Positions 51,164 to 61,263 of a DNA stretch of 64,000 nucleotides are shown here, in pieces. This DNA comes from Clostridia bacterium (GTDB lineage: Bacteria; Bacillota; Clostridia; TANB77; CAG-508). Both the position numbers and the translations under genes were made by a program. The stretch lies in the NCBI GenBank assembly GCA_022797215.1, contig JAAWKD010000002.1, forward strand, positions 13 through 64,012. The letters are read 5' to 3'. Within the stretch, counting starts at the first letter, position 1, and every line of letters starts with the position of its first letter. The notes beneath the pieces are model-generated. The model had not been told where the DNA came from. It did no database searches and worked only from the letters and a program-made list of their open reading frames with translations.

Positions 51164-52510
51164 ATGAAATTTGGACTATTAGGATATTATCCAGAATATA
51201 ATCATAATGATATGGAAACAATAATTCTGTCTAACGATAAAACTATATTAGAATATGATGCATTACTAATAGATTTAAAAAATATATTTGAAGAGTATGC
51301 ATCTCATACTGAATTTAATGGGCTTCCACGAATAACTGATCATGATTCTACACGATTAAAGAAAGATTTGGAAAGAAGAAAAAGTGAAATAAAAGAATTT
51401 TTAGAGAGTGGCAAAAATATAATTGTTATTGGTGGTAATGATGAATGTGTTTATTGTTATTCAGGAAATAAAACTGTCTCTGGTACGGGAAGAAATGCTA
51501 AAACGACTTATTTAGTTGAAGATGTTCATTCTAGTTCATTGTTGCCTGTAACAATATCTTCATTAAATTTAACAGGGAGGTCAGTTTTTTTTACTAATAG
51601 AAAGATTATTGATATTTTTAATAAGTATATTGATTATATAGAATATAGAACAACTTATGAAAATGTAGAAGATAAAAATATTTTAATGACAATAAAAGGG
51701 ACAAAAAAAGTAATTTCTTATTATGAAAAAATAGGTAATGGCTTATTGATATTTGCTCCAGATTTAGCCTTTGATAAAACAGATCACAAGAAAGAATGTG
51801 CTTTAGAAAAAAAGTATTATAATGATTTAACTAATTTAAATACAGTTATTTCACAAAATGAAATCGATTTACCATTATATTCAAAAAAATATTTATTACA
51901 TAATGAAGAATTAATGATTAGTGATATAGAAAAAAGTAAAGATAAATTAAATAAACTTATGATTGATATTGAAAAAAAAGAAGCAAAATTACATGAGTTG
52001 CAAAATCAAAAAGTTATGTTCACAGGGACAGGAACACCACTAGAAATAAATTCTGTTGAAAATTTTAAGGAAATGGGGTTTTCAATAATTAAATATGATC
52101 CAAATTCGGTAGATGAAGATATAGTGATTAAATATAAAGAAAAAATAGCAGTTGTAGAAGTAAAAGGTGTATCTGGAAGTGCCACAGAAAAACATACATC
52201 ACAAATTGTAAAATGGAAATCTGAATATCATATAGAAAATGATATATTACCTAAAGGAATACTATTGGTAAATGCCTTCAATGAGAAAGAACTAGAAAAA
52301 AGACAAGAATATTTTCCTAATCAAATGTTAAAATATGCAACACATCAAGAAATTTGTCTTTTAACTACAATTCAATTATACAATATTAAAGAATATTTAA
52401 CGAATAATCCAAATGAGAAAGAAAAAATAGTTAATGAAATATTTGGAACAAATGGAATATATAAAGGATTTGAAGATTGGAAATTAAATATAAAAACAGG
52501 ACAAATTTAG
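51164..52510 (+). CDS. Hypothetical protein with coiled coil and C-terminal PD-(D/E)xK-like nuclease motif
   Basis: 448 aa with AAGGAGG SD. Coiled coil at ISDIEKSKDKLNKLMIDIEKKEAKLHELQNQK. C-terminal VDEDIVIKYKEKIAVVEVKGVSGSATEKHTSQIVKW fits a D...ExK...Q layout. Confidence 0.6.
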   Translation: MKFGLLGYYPEYNHNDMETIILSNDKTILEYDALLIDLKNIFEEYASHTEFNGLPRITDHDSTRLKKDLERRKSEIKEFLESGKNIIVIGGNDECVYCYSGNKTVSGTGRNAKTTYLVEDVHSSSLLPVTISSLNLTGRSVFFTNRKIIDIFNKYIDYIEYRTTYENVEDKNILMTIKGTKKVISYYEKIGNGLLIFAPDLAFDKTDHKKECALEKKYYNDLTNLNTVISQNEIDLPLYSKKYLLHNEELMISDIEKSKDKLNKLMIDIEKKEAKLHELQNQKVMFTGTGTPLEINSVENFKEMGFSIIKYDPNSVDEDIVIKYKEKIAVVEVKGVSGSATEKHTSQIVKWKSEYHIENDILPKGILLVNAFNEKELEKRQEYFPNQMLKYATHQEICLLTTIQLYNIKEYLTNNPNEKEKIVNEIFGTNGIYKGFEDWKLNIKTGQI

Positions 52511-52562
52511 ATGATTAAAATATTGTACAATTGAAAAGTTACACATTTATTTGTGTAACTTT

Positions 52563-53762
52563 TCAATTGTTTTCTAGCCACTTATCAAATTCTTCATAAG
52601 TTTTCTTTTCACTTCTAATTTCATCCATAAATTTTTTAGCTTCTTTTTTCCAATTCTCATAATCTTTTTTATAAACTTCTATATCAGGATTACGTTTAAC
52701 TAACATAGCTTTTTTAGAATATATTTTACGATATTTACCATAGACTTTATCATTTTCTTGTTTTACTCTTTGAGCAATTTGATTACCAATATCCCTGCAA
52801 GTTTGTTTGCCTTTGAATAAATTATTACAATAATTAATGCGAGGATTATCTGTTATAAAGTATTTACTACAATTTTTACACTTTTTTATTATATAATTAT
52901 TTTCTTCTACAAATTTAAATAATGTAATATAAAGTATGGTATAAACACTAGAGCTTGTTGCATTAGTTTCAGCATATACATCTGCAAAATGTTGACCTGT
53001 TGTAAAAAATTCTAATAATTTATCTTCACTGGTTTCAAGATACTTAGGAAAAATTTTATAATTAAAAGCATCATCTATTTTAAAATCAGTAACATATGGC
53101 TTTAGTGTTTTAAAATGTGAGGTGTAGTAAATATAAAATCTCATTTGGTTAGTCATTGTTCTTGAATTTTCAAGAGGATGTTTGCTAAAAATGTAGTCAA
53201 CAAATTCAGAGTAAATCTTTTGAACTTTTATGGTATCTTTTTTTATTAATTTGAAGTATTTTTGTCCTAAATTTTCAATTTCGTCATAACTATAAGACTT
53301 ATCAACCTTTAAATTCTCTATATCACTTTTTTCAAAATATTTTATATAAGAAGTAAAAAATTTAGTAAACCAAACAAAGTATTCATCAAAATTAGAGAAA
53401 TTTGTATTTAAAAAATCAATTAAATTTGTTCCCCTATCATAAATTGAGAAATGGTCTTTTATAAAAAAATGACAATTTGAAAGTTCGCCTAGTTCATAGT
53501 AATGCAATTTTTTAGGTATATCTAAATAATCTATCTTTCTTTTTATTTCATTAGTAAAAGATTTGGTTCTTAAATGTTTAGTAAATAATTCTTCATATTC
53601 TTTATATTCATTTTCAGTTAAGCAATCTTTTATAATATCTAAAATTGAAACACCTTTAGGTAATTTACGATCTGGATCGCCATACAATAAAGTTATATGT
53701 TTGATTTCTTCTCCATTATTAATAGAGATGTGTATATTGCTATTCACTTTATCTTCTTTCAT
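52563..53762 (-). CDS. Hypothetical protein with C-terminal zinc ribbon
   Basis: 399 aa with GGAGGAG SD. CKNCSKYFITDNPRINYCNN...CRDIG. Divergent from the excisionase-like gene. Confidence 0.55.
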   Translation of the reverse strand: MKEDKVNSNIHISINNGEEIKHITLLYGDPDRKLPKGVSILDIIKDCLTENEYKEYEELFTKHLRTKSFTNEIKRKIDYLDIPKKLHYYELGELSNCHFFIKDHFSIYDRGTNLIDFLNTNFSNFDEYFVWFTKFFTSYIKYFEKSDIENLKVDKSYSYDEIENLGQKYFKLIKKDTIKVQKIYSEFVDYIFSKHPLENSRTMTNQMRFYIYYTSHFKTLKPYVTDFKIDDAFNYKIFPKYLETSEDKLLEFFTTGQHFADVYAETNATSSSVYTILYITLFKFVEENNYIIKKCKNCSKYFITDNPRINYCNNLFKGKQTCRDIGNQIAQRVKQENDKVYGKYRKIYSKKAMLVKRNPDIEVYKKDYENWKKEAKKFMDEIRSEKKTYEEFDKWLENN

Positions 53763-53911
53763 AACTCCTCCGTTAACAGCTTATAAAATTATTAAAAGTT
53801 AACTTGCTATCAAAATAAACAATAAAGTATTTACAAAGTTAACTATACACAATATAATACAAATGTTAACAAAAGTCAATGCAAATTTGCTAAAAATCTG
53901 GAGGTGATACT

Positions 53912-54109
53912 ATGGAATTACAAAAAGGTCAAAGAACTACACTAACAATGAAAGAAGCATCAGAGTATCTAGGAATTTCATATTGGTTGGTAAATCAATT
54001 AGTAAGAAGAAAACAAATACCATGCTCAAAAGTTGGTGGAAAATATTTATTTAGAGTACAAGCACTAGATGAGTATTTAGAAAATATGGAACAACAATCT
54101 ATTAGTTAG
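53912..54109 (+). CDS. xis: Excisionase-family helix-turn-helix protein
   Basis: LTMKEASEYLGISYWLVNQLVRRKQIPCSKVGGKYLFRVQALDEYL is a MerR-like excisionase HTH. 65 aa. Confidence 0.8.
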   Translation: MELQKGQRTTLTMKEASEYLGISYWLVNQLVRRKQIPCSKVGGKYLFRVQALDEYLENMEQQSIS

Positions 54110-54137
54110 ATTGTAAGGAAAGTGGGGAAAGGAGGAT

Positions 54138-54644
54138 ATGTATAATTTACAATGGTTAAAACTAGAAATTAAAATATTTTCAAACAGGAAAATGCAAATA
54201 TTACTAAAAGAAACTGATGGAGATACATATTTTAGAGTATGGATTCAACTAATAACTATTGCTATGGAATGTAATAGTGAAGGAAAGTTAGTAATAGGAA
54301 AAAAAACACCAATGACAATAGAAAATTTTTCAAAGATTATGGGAAAGTCTAAGAAAAAAATGGAGAAAATTATTAAAAAATTTCAAGAATTAAATATGCT
54401 AATTATAGAAGAAGGAGCATACAAAATTAAAAATTGGAATAAATACCAAAGTGTTGAAACAACTGAAAAATATCAAGAACAAAATAGAATAAGACAACAA
54501 AGATACCGTGAAAAATTGAAAAGTGAAAAAGAAAAAAGTAACGTTACAATAACGGAAAATAACGAGGTAGAAGATAATACACAAGAAAAAAATACAAGAA
54601 AGGAGAATGAGAACAATAATGGATTTAGAGAATACAAAATATGA
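54138..54644 (+). CDS. Phage replisome organizer N-terminal domain protein
   Basis: WLKLEIKIFSNRKMQILLKETDGDTYFRVWIQLITIAMECNSEGKL matches the replisome-organizer N-domain pattern as I remember it. Basic/acidic tail. Confidence 0.65.
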   Translation: MYNLQWLKLEIKIFSNRKMQILLKETDGDTYFRVWIQLITIAMECNSEGKLVIGKKTPMTIENFSKIMGKSKKKMEKIIKKFQELNMLIIEEGAYKIKNWNKYQSVETTEKYQEQNRIRQQRYREKLKSEKEKSNVTITENNEVEDNTQEKNTRKENENNNGFREYKI

Positions 54645-55467
54645 AAATTGTCAAAAGAATTTTCACAATAAATGCAAATTTTGTGGAAAAGAGTTAAAGC
54701 CAATAGGATTAGACTACTTATACACTAATGTATCTTCAGAATTAATTGAATATGAAAGATGCACTTGTAAAGAATCAAAAGATTATTGGAAAGATATAGA
54801 CTTTAGGATTCAAGAGCAGAAAAAGAAAGAACATTATAGAGAAATGATTAGCCAATTTTATTCTCAAAATTATATTAGTAAAAGGCTAAAAGATTATAAT
54901 TTTAATAATTTTAAAGTAACAGATGTTAATAAAAGAGAAGAAGCAATTGCAAAAGATTATACAAAGAAATGCATTGAAAACAAACAAGAAAATGGACTTA
55001 TTATTACTGGGAATTCTGGAGTAGGAAAAACACATTTAGCAGCATCAATTTTAAATGAATTAATAGAAGAAGATAAACTAGTTTTAATGGGAAGATTAAC
55101 ATCATTATTAGATATGATAAAGGAAACTTTTAAAGATAATTCAAAGTCAGAAAATGAGTTAATAGAATTATTTTCTAATGTAGATATGGTTGTAATAGAT
55201 GATTTAGGAACAGAAAAAATAAGCAGTTGGGCATTGGACAAGCTATATACAATTATAGAAAATAGAAATGAAAATAAGTTACCAATTATCATAACAACTA
55301 AATTTGATAAAGAAGGCTTACTACATAGATTTAAGCAAAGTAATGACAAAGAATTATCGGACGCAATTATTCAAAAATTATATCAAATGTGTTATGGAAT
55401 TGAACTAAAAAGATATGATGAAAATCAAAAAGAAAAAGCTAGCACAAGCGACCAAACTAAATGCTAA
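54607..55467 (+). CDS. DnaC/IstB-like AAA+ helicase loader
   Basis: Walker A GNSGVGKTHLA, Walker B MVVIDDLGTE, N-terminal Cys cluster. The start is uncertain (54607 or 54619). Confidence 0.8.
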   Translation: MRTIMDLENTKYENCQKNFHNKCKFCGKELKPIGLDYLYTNVSSELIEYERCTCKESKDYWKDIDFRIQEQKKKEHYREMISQFYSQNYISKRLKDYNFNNFKVTDVNKREEAIAKDYTKKCIENKQENGLIITGNSGVGKTHLAASILNELIEEDKLVLMGRLTSLLDMIKETFKDNSKSENELIELFSNVDMVVIDDLGTEKISSWALDKLYTIIENRNENKLPIIITTKFDKEGLLHRFKQSNDKELSDAIIQKLYQMCYGIELKRYDENQKEKASTSDQTKC

Positions 55468-55519
55468 CTTAATCCAAAACCTAAATTTATTATAGTATAT
55501 TTTGCTATAAAAGTAAAGC

Positions 55520-55561
55520 AAAAAAGTTCAAATTTTTATTTTAGAAATTTGAACTTTTTTG
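55520..55561 (+). terminator. Intrinsic terminator after the replication module
   Basis: AAAAAGTTCAAATTT...AAATTTGAACTTTTTT. Confidence 0.75.
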
Positions 55562-55792
55562 AAAATCTTTAAATAAAAATTAAGAAAATTTTTACTTAAA
55601 GAAGTCCCTCGGAGAGCAAAAAGGGTATTAGGACATTTTGTCCTAAACAGCAAAAACGGTGTCAAGACACCAAGCTGGTGAATATTAGGTAATAAAAAAT
55701 ATTACCTATATTCAAGCAAAATAAATTTTTCTAAATCTTAATGCTTCGTAAACTAGCATTAAGATATTTGCACAGAAAGGAAATAATAAAAA

Positions 55793-56416
55793 ATGAAAGT
55801 AGATTCAGAGCAATTTTTTGATAGTATTTTTTTATCATACAATAAAATTTTAGAGAGATTACATGTATTGGGGATAACAACTAAAAATGGTAAAGAAATA
55901 TCAGAATTAGATTTAAGAAGAGCGATAGATATAATGGTAAAAAAACATCCAACTTGTAGATGGAGAAGTGAAAAAATTAGAAGTAGAAAATATTTTGTTT
56001 TGATTGAAGGGTACTACTGGCTAACTCAAGTCTATTTTCAAAAAGAAAAGTCTTTAATAGATGCTGATATAGATTTTTTCAAATTAAGGATTAAACAATA
56101 TGAAGAATTGCTAAAAATAGAACATAATGAAAATTGGTGGAATCAAGATATGGATATAAAACAGTTATCTATATATTTTAATAGAGAAGATATCACTGTT
56201 AGAAAAGCAATTAAAAAGATGTGTAATAGTGGGTTAGAAGAATATAAATTTTTAGTTGATAATAAAGTTGTAATTTCTAGTAAATGTATTGAGTGGATTT
56301 GCAAAAATATATTTAAACAGAAGTATATAGAATTATTAGAGAAGTACAAGATGGAATTAACAGAGTTGTACATTGAAGCAGGGTATCCTTATGATAATTT
56401 TTTTCATAAAAATTAA
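55793..56416 (+). CDS. Hypothetical protein (possible DNA-binding regulator)
   Basis: 207-aa ORF. No clear motif; the segment SIYFNREDITVRKAIKKM looks HTH-like. Confidence 0.5.
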   Translation: MKVDSEQFFDSIFLSYNKILERLHVLGITTKNGKEISELDLRRAIDIMVKKHPTCRWRSEKIRSRKYFVLIEGYYWLTQVYFQKEKSLIDADIDFFKLRIKQYEELLKIEHNENWWNQDMDIKQLSIYFNREDITVRKAIKKMCNSGLEEYKFLVDNKVVISSKCIEWICKNIFKQKYIELLEKYKMELTELYIEAGYPYDNFFHKN

Positions 56417-56514
56417 AAAGCATATTGACAATAAAACAAACGTTTAGTAAACTTATAAAAATAAAAACTGGAAAAAAATAAAAAAATATGATATATATAT
56501 AAGGGGTGATATAA

Positions 56515-59499
56515 ATGCAACTATCAAAAGAAAATGAAAACAAATTATTTGAACTAATTAACAAATATAGAGATAATAAGAAATATTATAAAGAAAATCC
56601 TAAATCATTCCCAGAGTTTGAATGTAGATTGGAATATATAGATATATTTCTAAAATTACTCGGATGGGATGTAGAAAATACAAAGTGTGTATCACCTGCT
56701 AAAAAAGAGGTTGTAGTAGAACATTTTGCTGATGATAATAATAAAGATAAGCCTGACTATACATTAACATTAAGAGGAATAAGCAAATTTTTTGTTGAAG
56801 CTAAAAAGCCATCTGTAGATATCTCAAAGGAAAAAGAACCGTCATTTCAAGCTAGAAGATATGGTTGGAATGCAGGACACAAAATAGTAGTATTGACTAA
56901 TTTTGAATACTTAATGATTTATGAATGCACATATGCGCCAAATATCAATGATGGAGCTAATGTAGCACTATTTAGGAAATATTATTATGAAGAATATTTA
57001 GAAAAATTTGAAGAAATCTCAGAAATAATATCTAGAGACAGTATTTATAGTGGGCATTTCGAAGAACTTACAAATCAAAATTTTAAGGATACAAGAACTA
57101 AACTTTCAGTTGATGAATATTTTTTAGAACAAATAAATAAATGGCGTGTGGAATTAGCAAATCATTTATATTTACAGAATAAAAAAAAATATAGTAATGC
57201 AGAGATTCTAAATGATGAAACACAAAGATTTATAAATCAAATTGTGTTTTTAAGGATATGTGAAGATAAGAATTTACCATTATACCATAGTTTAAAGAAT
57301 AATATAAGAGATACTAAAACATTGAAACAAGAACTAAATAGAATGTTTAAAGAAGCAGATAAAAGATATAATTCTGGGTTATTTAAAGACGAAAATATCT
57401 TATTTGATTTAAATAATGATATTATAATGAAAATGATAAATGAGTTATATTATCCACAAAGTCCATATCTTTTTAACATAATAGAACCTAATTTATTAGG
57501 AAAAATGTATGAAATGTTTCTAACAGAAGAATTTCAAATCATTGATAATAAGGTAGTATTATTAACTCGAGAAGAATGTATAAACAGATCTGTTGTAAAA
57601 ACACCTGATGAAATAGTAAAATATATAGTTGAAAATACCCTTAAACCTTTATGCTTGAATAAGACTCCTCAAGAAATACTAAAAATAAAGATAGCAGATA
57701 TTTCTTGTGGTTCGGGTATATTTTTAGAAGAAGCTATGAACTTTTTAAATGAATATTGTATTGAGTGGTATAAGGAAAACCATATAGAATATTTAGAAAA
57801 AACAGGACCAGAACAATATAAATTACCTTTAACAGAAAAAAAGAAAATATTGACATCATGCATTTATGGAATAGATATAGATATTCATGCTGTTGAAGTA
57901 TCAAAATTTTCGTTACTTATAAAATTGATAGAAGATGAAAATATACCTACAACAATAGATGTAAAACCAATATTACCAGATTTAGATGAAAATATTAAAT
58001 TTGGCAATTCTTTGATTGAAAAAGAAGATATTAATTCCGTTAATATTACTTTAGAGGATGAAACAAAAATAAAAGCATTTGATTGGAATTTGATAAATAA
58101 AGGAGAAAAATTTGATGCAATTATAGGAAATCCGCCTTATGTTTGTACAGAGGATATGCATAATTTATTATCAGAACTTGAATTTGAGATTTATTTAAAT
58201 AAATTTAAAACACCATATAAACAATTTGATAAATATTACTTATTTATTGAACAGGCGCTAAAAAAGATAAAAGATAATGGATATGTAAGTTATATCGTTA
58301 CTAATAAATTCTATAAAATAGTAGCCGGTAGAAAGCTAAGAGAATATATAGCTGAAAATAATTATTTGATGTCTTTAATAGATTTTGGAAGTAATCAATT
58401 ATTCGAAGATAAGACGACATATTCAGCAATTATAACTCTTAGTAAGAAAAACAATAGCAAATTTGAATATGCAGAAGTAAAAAATGTATCTGAATTATGG
58501 ACGGAAAATTATAAAAAGATTTATGTGGATATTTCTAATATTACATCTGAACCATGGATATTATCTACAGATAAGAACTTTATCAATATGACAAAGAAAT
58601 TAAAAGATGATAATGTAACTATACCAATTACTGACATTGTAGATATAACTGCAGGAATCCAAACTAGTGCAAATGGAGTATATATCTTTGATAAGTCAGA
58701 GTTAATCGAAATTGATGAGAAAAAATATAAAATTATACGCAATGGTAAGACATATTATATTGAGAAAAATATATTAAGAAAATTTTTCAAAATAAAAGGT
58801 TTAACAACATATGAAAATAACATATATGCTGACAAATATATAATTTTTCCTTATAATAAAGAAGGGATACTCTACACTGAAGAAGAAATGAATAAATATT
58901 TTAGAGGAACATTTCAATATCTTACAGACAATTATGAAAAATTAAGTAAAAGAAAAATGAACATAACTGCTAATATTAATAATTGGTATCAATATGGAAG
59001 AGTTCAACACTTAAGAACATTTAATAAGCCTAAATTAATTTGTGGAGTTCTAAGTAAGCCATATAATCCTTCTTATATGTATGATACTGAAAATATGCTA
59101 ATAGAAGCAGGAGGAACTGCTGGTCGTGTAGCAATTTTCTTGAAAGACACTATAGAGGCACAAAAATATGATTTACTATATATTCAGGCATGGTTAAATC
59201 ATCCATATACAGAAAAAATATTGTCAGTATTAGGAAGTGATTTTGAAAGTGGATTTTTTAGTAGAGGACAAGTTCAATTAAGTCAATTAAGATTTGTAAA
59301 GTTAGACTTTAATAATTTGAATCATAAGAATCTTCACGATAATGTAGTACAAAAAGCAAAACAAATACAAGAAATTAATAATAAACTTACAGAAGAATAT
59401 TTAAGCAGAGAAGTTAGAAAACTACTAGAAAGCAAAAGACTAGATATAAAATTAGAAATAGAAGAATTAATAAAAAAAGTATATTTATTGGAGATTTAA
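56515..59499 (+). CDS. Type IIG restriction enzyme / N6-adenine methyltransferase fusion (Eco57I-like)
   Basis: N-terminal PD-(D/E)xK (KPDYTLTLRGISKFFVEAKKP), methylase motif I DISCGSGIFLEEA, motif IV IIGNPPYV, then a long C-terminal recognition region. 994 aa. Confidence 0.85.
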   Translation: MQLSKENENKLFELINKYRDNKKYYKENPKSFPEFECRLEYIDIFLKLLGWDVENTKCVSPAKKEVVVEHFADDNNKDKPDYTLTLRGISKFFVEAKKPSVDISKEKEPSFQARRYGWNAGHKIVVLTNFEYLMIYECTYAPNINDGANVALFRKYYYEEYLEKFEEISEIISRDSIYSGHFEELTNQNFKDTRTKLSVDEYFLEQINKWRVELANHLYLQNKKKYSNAEILNDETQRFINQIVFLRICEDKNLPLYHSLKNNIRDTKTLKQELNRMFKEADKRYNSGLFKDENILFDLNNDIIMKMINELYYPQSPYLFNIIEPNLLGKMYEMFLTEEFQIIDNKVVLLTREECINRSVVKTPDEIVKYIVENTLKPLCLNKTPQEILKIKIADISCGSGIFLEEAMNFLNEYCIEWYKENHIEYLEKTGPEQYKLPLTEKKKILTSCIYGIDIDIHAVEVSKFSLLIKLIEDENIPTTIDVKPILPDLDENIKFGNSLIEKEDINSVNITLEDETKIKAFDWNLINKGEKFDAIIGNPPYVCTEDMHNLLSELEFEIYLNKFKTPYKQFDKYYLFIEQALKKIKDNGYVSYIVTNKFYKIVAGRKLREYIAENNYLMSLIDFGSNQLFEDKTTYSAIITLSKKNNSKFEYAEVKNVSELWTENYKKIYVDISNITSEPWILSTDKNFINMTKKLKDDNVTIPITDIVDITAGIQTSANGVYIFDKSELIEIDEKKYKIIRNGKTYYIEKNILRKFFKIKGLTTYENNIYADKYIIFPYNKEGILYTEEEMNKYFRGTFQYLTDNYEKLSKRKMNITANINNWYQYGRVQHLRTFNKPKLICGVLSKPYNPSYMYDTENMLIEAGGTAGRVAIFLKDTIEAQKYDLLYIQAWLNHPYTEKILSVLGSDFESGFFSRGQVQLSQLRFVKLDFNNLNHKNLHDNVVQKAKQIQEINNKLTEEYLSREVRKLLESKRLDIKLEIEELIKKVYLLEI

Positions 59500-59507
59500 T
59501 AGATACA

Positions 59508-61142
59508 ATGAAAATGAAAAAAGAGTGTACAGATAAAAAAATAAATGGAGTTTACTATACTCCTTATAAATTAGCATCATTTATATGTAATTTATACAAA
59601 GAAAATAATGTATCACGAATACTTGAACCTAGTTGTGGGGAAGGAGTATTTATAGAAGCATTATGCGATAATAATATGATAGATAATATAAGAGAAATAG
59701 TTGGAGTAGAATACAATAAAGAATCTTGGACTATTTGTAGAAATAAATTTAAAGATGTCAAAAAAGTAAAGATAAAACATAAAGATTTTTTAGAATATTA
59801 TCAAAAGAATAAGAACAAGAAATACGATCTAATAATAGGAAATCCTCCTTACATAAGATATCAATATCTAAAAGAAGAGCAAAGAATTAATCAATCAGAA
59901 ATATTAAAAGAAGTTGGAATGAAATCAAATAAATTAATTAATGCATGGGTATGTTTTTTAGTAGCTTGTGTAAATTTACTATCCGAAAATGGAAAGATTG
60001 CTTTTGTTATACCAGCAGAAATATTGCAAGTTGCCTATGCAGAAGAATTAAGAATGTATTTATCAGAAGTATTATCAAAGATAACATTAATAACTTTTAA
60101 TTCTATAATATTTCCTGATATAGAGCAAGAAACATTAATTTTTATTGCAGAAAAAGGAAACAAGAAGGAAGGAATAAGAATAATAGAATTAAATGATTTA
60201 GATGACTTGGAAAACTTTGAATATAATGAAGTGGGGTATCAAAAAATGAATCCTTCTAAGGATAAGTGGCTTAAATATTTTATTTCGAATAAGGAAAATG
60301 AATTAATTGAACAAATTAAGAAAAATAAGTATTTTAAAAAGTTTTCTGATTTTGGAATTATTAATATAGGTATTACAACAGGTAATAATGACTATTTCTC
60401 GATTGATGATGCTACTTCAAAAAAATATGAATTGGATGGTGTGTGTTTACCTCTAATTGGTAGAAGTTCCCATGCTGAAAGTATATTTTTTACTGAAAAT
60501 GACTTACAAAATAATATAAAATCAGGGAAAAAAGCAAAATTAGTATGTTTTCCAAATAGTGATTATAATAAATATTCTAATAAAAATAAAGCCTATATAA
60601 AATATGGTTTAGATAATAAAGTAAATGAAGGATATAAATGCTCAATAAGAGATAAATGGTATATAATACCATCTGTTTGGGTACCAGATGCATTCTTTTT
60701 AAGAAGAAATAATATATATCCTAAATTTGTAATTAATAAATGCAATGCTGTTTCTACTGATACGATGCATAGAATAAAATTTTACGATAATATAGATAAA
60801 GAAAAAGTTCTATTGTCATATTATAATAGTATATCTTTTGCATTTACTGAAATATGTGGTAGAAGTTATGGGGGTGGAGTACTAGAAATATTACCTGGTG
60901 AAATGGGAAAAATAATGCTTCCAGATTTATCACAAATGGATCAGAAAATTGTTCATAAATTAGTGAAATTCATAGATAAACAGATGCGTCAGGAAGCAGA
61001 TATTAATACAATATTAGATGAAGTTGATGAACAGGTTTTAATTAAATATATGAAAATAGATTATGAGACATGTCAACATTTCAGGAATATGTGGAACAAG
61101 ATGAAAAATCGTAGATTGGACAGAGCTAAGAATGCAAGATAA
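59508..61142 (+). CDS. Stand-alone N6-adenine DNA methyltransferase (gamma class)
   Basis: Motif I LEPSCGEGVFIEAL, motif IV IIGNPPYIRYQ. 544 aa, 8 nt after the type IIG gene. Confidence 0.88.
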   Translation: MKMKKECTDKKINGVYYTPYKLASFICNLYKENNVSRILEPSCGEGVFIEALCDNNMIDNIREIVGVEYNKESWTICRNKFKDVKKVKIKHKDFLEYYQKNKNKKYDLIIGNPPYIRYQYLKEEQRINQSEILKEVGMKSNKLINAWVCFLVACVNLLSENGKIAFVIPAEILQVAYAEELRMYLSEVLSKITLITFNSIIFPDIEQETLIFIAEKGNKKEGIRIIELNDLDDLENFEYNEVGYQKMNPSKDKWLKYFISNKENELIEQIKKNKYFKKFSDFGIINIGITTGNNDYFSIDDATSKKYELDGVCLPLIGRSSHAESIFFTENDLQNNIKSGKKAKLVCFPNSDYNKYSNKNKAYIKYGLDNKVNEGYKCSIRDKWYIIPSVWVPDAFFLRRNNIYPKFVINKCNAVSTDTMHRIKFYDNIDKEKVLLSYYNSISFAFTEICGRSYGGGVLEILPGEMGKIMLPDLSQMDQKIVHKLVKFIDKQMRQEADINTILDEVDEQVLIKYMKIDYETCQHFRNMWNKMKNRRLDRAKNAR

Positions 61143-61263
61143 TTATAAGTACTACTAAAGAGAAATAATTTTATTTCTCTTTTTGTATATTTTGATATAA
61201 AAATACAAAATTCGACAAACTTTGCAAATATAATAATTTATAATGTTATATAAGGAGGAAAAA

